From the IMG/VR virus record IMGVR_UViG_3300043446_002688: a stretch of 64,000 bases of DNA. One strand, given 5' to 3'. The notes below the pieces were generated by a model that was given only the letters and a program-made list of their open reading frames with translations, did not search any database and had not been told where the DNA came from. This document shows, piece after piece, positions 41,278 through 49,015 of the stretch (positions are counted from its first letter, which is position 1; each line of letters begins with the position of its first letter). The stretch is from a virus. Both the position numbers and the translations under genes were made by a program.

Positions 41278-42417
41278 ATGTCGTATAATAATTTAGAGGA
41301 ATTGTTGGTACCGGTAAGTTATTTTAACCAAGGCGGATTGTGGTCATGGGGATACAACGGATTTGGAGCTGCTGGTGATGAAACCTTAGTCAATAGATCC
41401 AGTCCTGTGCAAACTGTTGCTTCCGGATCAAATTGGAAATTAGTTGGAATCGGTGGCTATCATAATGCAGCAATAAAAACAGACGGCACGTTATGGACAT
41501 GGGGATATAATAGCAATGGTACATTAGGTAATAACACAACCGCTAGCACATCCAGTCCTGTGCAAACAATTGCAGCCGGTACAAATTGGAAGTATGTATA
41601 TTCTAATCAAATGTCAGTGTTCGCAATCAAAACAGACGGATCATTGTGGGTATGGGGAAATAATGGAAACGGTCAACTGGGAACAGGTAACATCACAAAT
41701 TATTCCAGTCCTGTACAACTTGGTACAGAAAAAAATTGGAAATTAATTTCTTCTAATTCATACTTTTCTGCGGCAATCAAAACAGATGGCACGTTATGGA
41801 CATGGGGATATAACAATGACGGTACTTTGGGTGATAACACAAGAATAGACAAATCTAGTCCTGTACAAACAATTGCAGCCGGTACAAATTGGAAATCAAC
41901 ATCAACGGGAATATATCATGTAACAGCAATCAAAACAGATGGTACACTATGGTTATGGGGCAGAAACAATGTTGGTCAATTAGGTACAAATAATATAACA
42001 AACAGGTCTAGTCCAGTTCAAACTGTTGCAGGTGGAACTAATTGGAAACAATCATCTGGCGGACAGTCTCATACTGCCGCAATCAAAACAGATGGTACAC
42101 TATGGTTGTGGGGCCGAAACATTTATGGTCAATTAGGAACCAACAACATAACAGATTATTCAAGTCCAGTTCAAACTGTTGCATCGGGTACCAATTGGAA
42201 ACTATTGGCATGTGGAAGAAACCATACTGCCGCAATCAAAACAGATGGCACATTATGGTTATGGGGTTATAATAATTATGGCCAATTAGGTGATAATACA
42301 GTACTGTCTAAATCTAGTCCAATACAAACAATTTCAGGTGGTACTAATTGGAAACAAGTATCCTCTGTGGGGTTTAACACATCCGCAATCAACGGCACCT
42401 GGAGAACCATCACTTAA
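41278..42417 (+). CDS. RCC1/BLIP-II 7-blade beta-propeller protein C
   Basis: Seven repeats of the same consensus as protein A. Confidence 0.9.
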   Translation: MSYNNLEELLVPVSYFNQGGLWSWGYNGFGAAGDETLVNRSSPVQTVASGSNWKLVGIGGYHNAAIKTDGTLWTWGYNSNGTLGNNTTASTSSPVQTIAAGTNWKYVYSNQMSVFAIKTDGSLWVWGNNGNGQLGTGNITNYSSPVQLGTEKNWKLISSNSYFSAAIKTDGTLWTWGYNNDGTLGDNTRIDKSSPVQTIAAGTNWKSTSTGIYHVTAIKTDGTLWLWGRNNVGQLGTNNITNRSSPVQTVAGGTNWKQSSGGQSHTAAIKTDGTLWLWGRNIYGQLGTNNITDYSSPVQTVASGTNWKLLACGRNHTAAIKTDGTLWLWGYNNYGQLGDNTVLSKSSPIQTISGGTNWKQVSSVGFNTSAINGTWRTIT

Positions 42418-42443
42418 ACATCAGGAAACTGAACATATATAAT
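42414..42443 (+). promoter_or_regulatory. Possible sigma70-like promoter for the enzyme island
   Basis: Perfect TATAAT at 42438-42443 in the intergenic gap; only a weak -35 (TTAAAC/TAAACA) at 17-18 nt spacing. Confidence 0.35.
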
Positions 42444-42473
42444 AGTATCATCAGATTATTATTGTGAAATATT

Positions 42474-43037
42474 ATGAAACTAAACCTTGGATCCGGTTCA
42501 AAAAGAATTCCCGGTTATTTAAATATTGATAATGATGCTGGTTCAAAACCAGATTTTGTTATCGACTTAGAAAAAGATAAACTACCATTTGAAGATAGTT
42601 CTGTGGACAGTATTATTGCTCATCACATACTAGAACACCTGGGTGATGGGTTTTTTCATTGTGTCAAGGAACTATACCGTGTGTGTAAACACGGCACAAC
42701 GATTGATGTTAGAGTTCCACATCCTAGACACGACACATTCTTAATAGACCCCTCTCATAAAAGACCTGTATATCCACACACATTGGATATGTTCTCTAAA
42801 GAACGTAACCTAAGAGATATTGCCGCAGGTGGATGTGAAACACCTATTGGTTTAATCAATAATGTTGACATGCGTGTTTTAAATTTTTCTCCTGTTTTGG
42901 ATGAATATTGGCAAAAACAATTTCAACAAATGACCGAAGAACAGTGTGAACATGCAGCAAGGTCTTTTAATAATGTTATCAATGAATATCATATACAATG
43001 GGTAGTTTATAAAGATGAATCCGTTATCGACCGCTGA
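42474..43037 (+). CDS. Class I SAM-dependent methyltransferase (type 11-like)
   Basis: Motif I KLNLGSGSKR, DL...LPFEDSSVDSIIAHHILEHL and VRVPH...DPSH. Confidence 0.85.
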   Translation: MKLNLGSGSKRIPGYLNIDNDAGSKPDFVIDLEKDKLPFEDSSVDSIIAHHILEHLGDGFFHCVKELYRVCKHGTTIDVRVPHPRHDTFLIDPSHKRPVYPHTLDMFSKERNLRDIAAGGCETPIGLINNVDMRVLNFSPVLDEYWQKQFQQMTEEQCEHAARSFNNVINEYHIQWVVYKDESVIDR

Positions 43038-44334
43038 ATTTTTTATTAAAATTAAACAAAGTGAGAAAGCTAAAATAGTTCTAGACCTTCTTAAACCATA
43101 TGCCACCGGTTTGGGTGAAATGGACCAACTAGGTAAATTATATGCCGAGATTAGAGAGTTCAATGATACACTAGAACTGGCACAAAAAATGTATGCATTG
43201 GTGACCAACGATGATGCCAGATTTGATGCAAGAGTTAATATCATTCGTGCATATCTAAACCTTAACAAGCCAAAAGAAGCATTGGTTTATATCGGTATTA
43301 ACGAAAAGGAAAGACCAAATGACCATCCAAATCAAATGGATAAGGCAATGGCATATTTCTTACTTGACAGAAAAGATGAAGGTGAAAAGATACTGAGAAA
43401 CATTTTAACCGAGCCGCACACAGATGATATTGATTTTAGAGTAAACTTTAATCTAGGTACATATGACTTACGTAATGGAAATTTCAAAGAAGGTTTGAGG
43501 CATGTGTTACTAGATGGTAGAAAATTAAACATCTGGGAATCATTCAACTTTCCAAAAAATCAACTATGGGAAGGCACACCACAACCGGGTAAAACAATCG
43601 TGCTTTGTGCCGAAGGTGGTATTGGTGACGAAATCATTTCAGTTAGATTTATGAAACACTTTAAAGATGTTGGAATGAATCCTATTTGGTTTACAAATAG
43701 AAAAGATATTGCAAGCATTTTCAATCGTTGTGGTTTTGAAACGGTAACAAATCTTAAAGAAATATCATATGATTGGTTATGGACATATTCTATGCCAAGC
43801 CCAACTTACTTGGATTTAGAAGAAGATGATTTATGGTACGGCACATATCTGAAACCATTAAACGTTTCACCTAAATTACCAAACACTGGCAAAAAGAAAA
43901 TTGGCATCAAGTGTATGGGTAATCCAAAGTATGACCAAGACTTACATAGAACTATTCCATTTGAAGAATTGATTGATAGTATTCCGGAAGATTATGAAAT
44001 TTATTCTTTTCACATAGATGAAGATTTTAGTCATCCTAGAGTTATACAATTAAAAGATAAAATTAAAACCTGGGACGATACACTTGATTACATCAATCAA
44101 ATGGATATTGTGGTTTCTAGTTGTACATCATTGATACATGCAGCCGGTGCAATTGGAAAACAATCAGTTGTTATTATTCCAATTCTAACATATTACACTT
44201 GGGCAAAACCAGAGTATCACACCAAATGGTATGGTGATAATCTGACAATCTTCAGGCAAAGTGAGTATGATAATTGGAAAGCACCATTACTTGAATTGAA
44301 TGATTATTTGAAGAATGAAAATACAAACAATTAA
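43015..44334 (+). CDS. TPR-repeat protein fused to a GT-B (GT9-like) glycosyltransferase domain
   Basis: Helical TPR-like N-half, then LWEGTPQPGKTIVLCAEGGIGDEIISVRF, IGIKCMGNP and WDDTLDYINQMDIVVSSCTSLIHAAGAIGK. These match the EQG.GD / W.G.P / D.V.T.DT...HLAGA.G motifs of TPR-glycosyltransferases. Confidence 0.8.
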   Translation: MNPLSTAEFFIKIKQSEKAKIVLDLLKPYATGLGEMDQLGKLYAEIREFNDTLELAQKMYALVTNDDARFDARVNIIRAYLNLNKPKEALVYIGINEKERPNDHPNQMDKAMAYFLLDRKDEGEKILRNILTEPHTDDIDFRVNFNLGTYDLRNGNFKEGLRHVLLDGRKLNIWESFNFPKNQLWEGTPQPGKTIVLCAEGGIGDEIISVRFMKHFKDVGMNPIWFTNRKDIASIFNRCGFETVTNLKEISYDWLWTYSMPSPTYLDLEEDDLWYGTYLKPLNVSPKLPNTGKKKIGIKCMGNPKYDQDLHRTIPFEELIDSIPEDYEIYSFHIDEDFSHPRVIQLKDKIKTWDDTLDYINQMDIVVSSCTSLIHAAGAIGKQSVVIIPILTYYTWAKPEYHTKWYGDNLTIFRQSEYDNWKAPLLELNDYLKNENTNN

Positions 44335-44668
44335 TATAAATCTATCTTCCATAAAATCTGAAGAGCCGGAAGAAATTGTGCCGTGTGGCACCTGTACACT
44401 TTGTTGTGAAAAATTATCACCATTTCTATCACCGGAAGAAGTTGCTTCAGGATTATATCCATTGAGTTTAATAAATCCAACAATAGAACAAAAACAAATT
44501 AATCCAGATATCGGACCCGTTGTCGTTTTATACAGAAAGAAAGAAGGTGGATGTGGAATGTTTATTGACGGCAAATGTTCGATATATGAATACAGACCTA
44601 AAGCTTGCAGACAATTTGATTGTCGCAAAGGACACCACCCAACTATACCCAACATGATTGACAAATGA
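44315..44668 (+). CDS. YkgJ/FliB-like CxxCxxCC cysteine-cluster (Zn/Fe-S) protein
   Basis: CGTCTLCC ... CGMFIDGKCSIYEYRPKACRQFDC. Confidence 0.85.
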   Translation: MKIQTININLSSIKSEEPEEIVPCGTCTLCCEKLSPFLSPEEVASGLYPLSLINPTIEQKQINPDIGPVVVLYRKKEGGCGMFIDGKCSIYEYRPKACRQFDCRKGHHPTIPNMIDK

Positions 44669-45450
44669 AAACATTACATTTTTTATCAGGATTACCAAGA
44701 TCCGGATCAACATTACTGGCGAGTATACTAAACCAAAACCCACAGGTATATGTAACACCCACAAGTCCTATGTTGAATGTGACAGTGAAGATGCAGGACG
44801 CATGGAGAGAAGATCCGACAGTCAAAGCAAACTACTTTGAGGAACAAGCACGCAATATTACCAAAGCAGTTCTTCCTGCTTTTTGGCAGCACAGACCAGA
44901 ACCCATTATCATAGATAAAGGTAGAGGTTGGGCAAAGAATATGTTAACAGCCAATGCGTTGTTTGAAAAGAAAATCAAAGTCATTGTAATGGAACGAGAC
45001 TTACCCAGTATTATGGCTAGTTGGTTAACTATTATCAGAAAACAAAAAGAATGTTACTTAGACGAAACCATTATGCGTAAAGGTTTTCCGCCAACCGATG
45101 ATAACCGCATGGCAGAGATGTGGTTTGATATGGTCAAAGACTGCATGGAAGGTACATATCAAATTAAAAAAGAAGTTCCTGACCAAATAGTGGTGGTGAC
45201 ATATGATGATTTGATGAATGATGCCAGAACACAACTACAAAGAATTGAAGATTTTTTAGAGTTACCAAAATTCAATTATGACTTTGAAAACATCATCAAC
45301 GATACCGTAGATGACGATTTGGTGGCCTGGGGTTTTGATGGGTTACACACCATCAGACCTAAGTTGGAAAAAACCGCAAAAGATCCAAGAATTATTTTGG
45401 GTGACGAACTATACAATAGATTTGTGGAATTAGAAAAACAATATGTATAA
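44665..45450 (+). CDS. PAPS-dependent sulfotransferase (Sulfotransfer_3-like)
   Basis: 5'-PSB loop FLSGLPRSGSTLLASIL; IIDKGRGW; 3'-PB motif MERDLPSIMAS; YDDLM..A...L..I.DFL. Confidence 0.85.
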   Translation: MKTLHFLSGLPRSGSTLLASILNQNPQVYVTPTSPMLNVTVKMQDAWREDPTVKANYFEEQARNITKAVLPAFWQHRPEPIIIDKGRGWAKNMLTANALFEKKIKVIVMERDLPSIMASWLTIIRKQKECYLDETIMRKGFPPTDDNRMAEMWFDMVKDCMEGTYQIKKEVPDQIVVVTYDDLMNDARTQLQRIEDFLELPKFNYDFENIINDTVDDDLVAWGFDGLHTIRPKLEKTAKDPRIILGDELYNRFVELEKQYV

Positions 45451-46336
45451 TGTATTAAATTTTATTCACACATCAAACTTTTACAATGAAGAACAAGTTA
45501 AAGGATTGAACTCAATAGTAAATACTTTAGTGTATGCACCTACTGAATTTGGTAGTGTTAATACAGGTTTTAATTATATTCAACCAGATGCAATCAAAAC
45601 ATTCAGTGAAGTATTAAATACAAAAGTAACAATCAGTGAAGAATCCGGTTACTTTTACAAGCCAAATACAGGAATTAGATACAATACTTTCACAAATTAC
45701 ACCGAGTGGAAATTTGTTGTTGCAATTCAACCAACAATCTTTACGATGTTTTACCACAAAACTGGTGTCACTTCTGCTCTACAAAATTATAATTTTAATT
45801 ACAATAATCTTTTTGAGTGGGAATACCAGACACAGATATTAATGGAACCAGGTCAAGGATTATTTTATAGGCCATGGATGTTTCATGCCTTCAGTGAGCC
45901 AACAATCATTCAGTCGTTTGATATAACAGAAAATCCAACACCACTATCAAATACCATTTTAGTTATGGGTGAAAAAGGTTCCGGAAAAACCACTTTCAGT
46001 AAAAAATTAGCAGACAGACTGAAGGCCACATATATACATGGTGAAACGATAAACGAAATGTTTAACGATACCGATACATCCATAGAAGGTGAAAACAGAC
46101 AGGCCGAACGATTGAAAAAGTTGGCAGTGTTGGCACCAACAGAGTTTACGGTTATAGATTTCAAATGTGAACGTTTATCATCACGTGATTACTTATCACC
46201 CAATTTTGTGGTTTGGATGAATACCGTGGAAATAAAGTCGGACACCTTTGAAATACCTAAAAGAGCAAATGTGGTATATGATTCTTTCGATATTAATATG
46301 GATAAATTTATTGACAAAATGATGGAGAAAAAATGA
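45443..46336 (+). CDS. Fusion of a DUF6445/2OG-Fe(II)-like DSBH domain and a degenerate APS-kinase-like P-loop domain
   Basis: N-half EWKFVVAIQ...FYHKTG...EWEY...PGQGLFYRPWMFHA. C-half ILVMGEKGSGKTTF aligns by eye with the kinase half of the next gene. Confidence 0.6.
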   Translation: MYNVLNFIHTSNFYNEEQVKGLNSIVNTLVYAPTEFGSVNTGFNYIQPDAIKTFSEVLNTKVTISEESGYFYKPNTGIRYNTFTNYTEWKFVVAIQPTIFTMFYHKTGVTSALQNYNFNYNNLFEWEYQTQILMEPGQGLFYRPWMFHAFSEPTIIQSFDITENPTPLSNTILVMGEKGSGKTTFSKKLADRLKATYIHGETINEMFNDTDTSIEGENRQAERLKKLAVLAPTEFTVIDFKCERLSSRDYLSPNFVVWMNTVEIKSDTFEIPKRANVVYDSFDINMDKFIDKMMEKK

Positions 46337-47127
46337 CACAACGAATTTTAATTATGGGATTGCCAGGTTCTGGTAAAACATACCTAGCACAATATGTACT
46401 GGATCATTTACAATCAGCCAACAAGAAAGTTGGTTGGTTGAATGCTGATGATGTACGCAAAAAATATAATGACTGGGACTTCAGTACAGAAGGAAGAATC
46501 AGGCAAAGTCACCGCATGAGAGAACTGGCAGACTCCATGACTGATATGGATTATGTCATCTGTGATTTTGTGGCACCTTTGGTTGAAATGCGTAACAACT
46601 TCAAAGCAGACTGGACTGTGTGGGTTGACACTATCGAAAAGGGGAGATTTGAAGATACCAACAAGGCTTTTATTCCACCAGAGGTATATGATTTTAGAAT
46701 CACGGAACAGAACAGTGAAAAATGGAGTGAATTTATTGCACACCACATCTTAGGAAACTTCCGTAGACCAGTATTTGACTGGCAAAAAGAAACGGTACAA
46801 ATGTTAGGTCGTTGGCAACCATGGCATGCTGGTCACCGTGCTTTGTTTGAGCGTGCAATTCAAAAGACAGGTCAGGTCGTAATACAGATTAGAGACTGTC
46901 AAGGTTGGCAAGGATCAAATCCTTTTGCAATCGAACAGGTCAAACAATATATCAGACGAGACTTGGACCCTATTTACCAGGGAAAATATGAAATTCAGGT
47001 TGTGCCAAATATTGTAAACATTACCTATGGACGTGATGTGGGATATAAGATTGAACAAGAGGTATTTGATGATAAGACACATGAAATCTCTGCTACAAAA
47101 ATTCGTAAATCAATGGGCCTTAAATAA
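46333..47127 (+). CDS. APS-kinase-like domain fused to a HIGH-superfamily nucleotidyltransferase (candidate minimal PAPS synthase)
   Basis: GLPGSGKT P-loop, WLNADDVR, DWDFSTEGRIRQ and ICDFVAP (CysC-like). Then GRWQPWHAGH (46807-46836), YGRDVG (GRD at 47029-47037) and ISATKIR. Confidence 0.7.
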   Translation: MTQRILIMGLPGSGKTYLAQYVLDHLQSANKKVGWLNADDVRKKYNDWDFSTEGRIRQSHRMRELADSMTDMDYVICDFVAPLVEMRNNFKADWTVWVDTIEKGRFEDTNKAFIPPEVYDFRITEQNSEKWSEFIAHHILGNFRRPVFDWQKETVQMLGRWQPWHAGHRALFERAIQKTGQVVIQIRDCQGWQGSNPFAIEQVKQYIRRDLDPIYQGKYEIQVVPNIVNITYGRDVGYKIEQEVFDDKTHEISATKIRKSMGLK

Positions 47128-47329
47128 ATCTGAAACTGCAACCAGAAGCTTTGTAAAGGCATATAGTTACAGGTTCTGTGGTACATTTACCACGATGTTA
47201 ATTTCTTATGCTTTTACTGGCGAATGGATAGTTAGTCTGAGTATAGGTGCCACAGAAATGGTTGTAAAACCGTTTATCTACTGGTGTCACGAAAGAGTGT
47301 GGAATGGCATAGGATGGGGTCGAATATAA
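47081..47329 (+). CDS. DUF2061 family small membrane protein
   Basis: ETATRSFVKAYSYR...TMLISYAFTG...SIGATEMVVKPFIYWCHERVWNGIGWG is the DUF2061 signature. The nearest in-frame ATG is 47081, inside the upstream gene. Confidence 0.75.
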   Translation: MKSLLQKFVNQWALNKSETATRSFVKAYSYRFCGTFTTMLISYAFTGEWIVSLSIGATEMVVKPFIYWCHERVWNGIGWGRI

Positions 47330-47332
47330 ATA
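47325..47332 (+). promoter_or_regulatory. T4-type late promoter TATAAATA for g13
   Basis: Exact consensus overlapping the DUF2061 stop codon; GGAG RBS downstream. Confidence 0.8.
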
Positions 47333-47355
47333 CCTTATTATAAGGAGTTTTAGTA

Positions 47356-48129
47356 ATGGCTACAATCACAGATAGAGCCGCCTTCAAGAATTATTGCCTA
47401 AAACGTCTAGGTTTCCCAGTCATAGATATCAACGTTGATGATGACCAGATAGAAGACCGTATTGACGATGCTTTACAGTATTGGCACGATTACCATTTTG
47501 ACGGTCTACAAAAAGTTTATTACATCAAAAAAATAGACCAAACGGATATAGACAACCGTTATTTGGACCTGACTCAGGCACAAGACCGTGCAAACAACAC
47601 ACTAGAAATTACTGGTGTTACACGCATTTTCCCAATTCAAGATTCACAATCCTCAATCAATATGTTTGATTTGAGATACCAGTTGCGTCTAAACGAATTG
47701 TATGATTTCACATCCGCATCATACATCAACTATACACTAACTCAACAACACTTGCGTTCTCTGGAACTAATGTTCACAGGTGAAGTACCAATTCGTTTCA
47801 ATCGTCACATGCAAAGACTGATGATTGATTGGGCGTGGGGTCAATCTCAGGCACCAGTTGGCACCACAGTTGTTGCAGAATGTTATGCAACATTGGATCC
47901 AGAAACTTATGGCCAAGTTTGGAATGACCGTTGGTTAAAAGAATATGCAACCGCATTGATTAAGAAACAATGGGGTTCCAACCTTAAAAAGTTTGGTGGT
48001 ATACAATTGCCTGGTGGTGTCGTTCTAAATGGCGACAAAATCTATGACGAAGCGGAAGAAGAAAAGAAAACTTTAGAAGCTGACATGGAAAAAAACTATG
48101 GTGGTATGTTAGACTGGTATATGAATTAA
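47356..48129 (+). CDS. g13: Neck protein gp13
   Basis: YCLKRLGFPVIDINVDDDQIEDRIDDALQYWHDYHFDG; WLKEYATALIKKQWGSNLKKFGGIQLPGGV. Confidence 0.95.
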   Translation: MATITDRAAFKNYCLKRLGFPVIDINVDDDQIEDRIDDALQYWHDYHFDGLQKVYYIKKIDQTDIDNRYLDLTQAQDRANNTLEITGVTRIFPIQDSQSSINMFDLRYQLRLNELYDFTSASYINYTLTQQHLRSLELMFTGEVPIRFNRHMQRLMIDWAWGQSQAPVGTTVVAECYATLDPETYGQVWNDRWLKEYATALIKKQWGSNLKKFGGIQLPGGVVLNGDKIYDEAEEEKKTLEADMEKNYGGMLDWYMN

Positions 48130-48130
48130 C

Positions 48131-49015
48131 ATGGCAACAAGTGTATACTTCAATAATTACAACGCTCTCAATGAGCAGAGGGTTGTGGAAGACTTAATTG
48201 TAGAATCAATTAAGATTATGGGTTCTGACGCCTTCTATCTTCCTAATGACAATGATACTGCCAGAGATTTGTTGTATGGTGAAGATCCAGTTAAGAAATT
48301 CCAATCGGCATTTCCAATTGAATTCTATTTGTCTAGTGCTTTAGAGTATAGTGGTGAAAGAGAATTCTTCTCCAAATTTGGCCTAGAAATTAAAAACAAT
48401 GTTAATGTTATTATTTCTAAGCGTTCATTCTCCCAAAGAGTACCACAAAATACATTCACAAGACCTCGTGAAGGTGATTTGATTTATGTTCCATTTCTAA
48501 ATGGTACTGGTGAATTGTTTGAGATTAAGTTTGTGAATCAAACAAAAGACTTCTTCACATTAGGTCGTAAGATACCATTCTTCTACGAAATCGAAATGGA
48601 GAAATTCAAGTATTCACAGGAAGTTATCGACACTGGTGTACCAGATATCGACATGATTGTGGACAATTCTGCTTATACCATCGACATGCAAATGCGTTCG
48701 GGTGGTATCGGCAACTATGAATACAAAGAAATAGTATATCATTCATCCGATTTAACACTTGCAAACGCAACAGCTTTTGGTACAGTATCAGAATGGGTTG
48801 CAGACACAAGAGTTCTTTCAATCACAAACATTTCTGGTGAATTTGCAGCCAATAATTTGGTAATTGGCGCAACAAGTAATGCACGATTCAGATTGTCATC
48901 ATATGATCCATTAGATGTAGAATTACACAATGAAAAATATGACAATCTGTATATAGAACAACAAGCAAATTCTATTATAGACTTTAGTGAAACTAATCCT
49001 TTTGGTGAAATTTAA
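48131..49015 (+). CDS. g14: Neck protein gp14
   Basis: EQRVVEDLIVESIKIMG, FFSKFGLEI, RPREGDLIYVP and DFSETNPFGEI. Confidence 0.95.
   Translation: MATSVYFNNYNALNEQRVVEDLIVESIKIMGSDAFYLPNDNDTARDLLYGEDPVKKFQSAFPIEFYLSSALEYSGEREFFSKFGLEIKNNVNVIISKRSFSQRVPQNTFTRPREGDLIYVPFLNGTGELFEIKFVNQTKDFFTLGRKIPFFYEIEMEKFKYSQEVIDTGVPDIDMIVDNSAYTIDMQMRSGGIGNYEYKEIVYHSSDLTLANATAFGTVSEWVADTRVLSITNISGEFAANNLVIGATSNARFRLSSYDPLDVELHNEKYDNLYIEQQANSIIDFSETNPFGEI

Noticed and set aside
38246-42417. Diversity-generating retroelement (TR/VR pairs) among the RCC1 repeats or at the Mtd_N-like genes
   Set aside because: Differences between near-identical repeats are not adenine-specific, all copies are coding, and no reverse transcriptase lies in the window. 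Mtd_N is only an anchor domain.
42474-43037. DNA methyltransferase for anti-restriction
   Set aside because: No DPPY/NPPY or PC catalytic motif; the pattern fits small-molecule/glycan type 11 methyltransferases.
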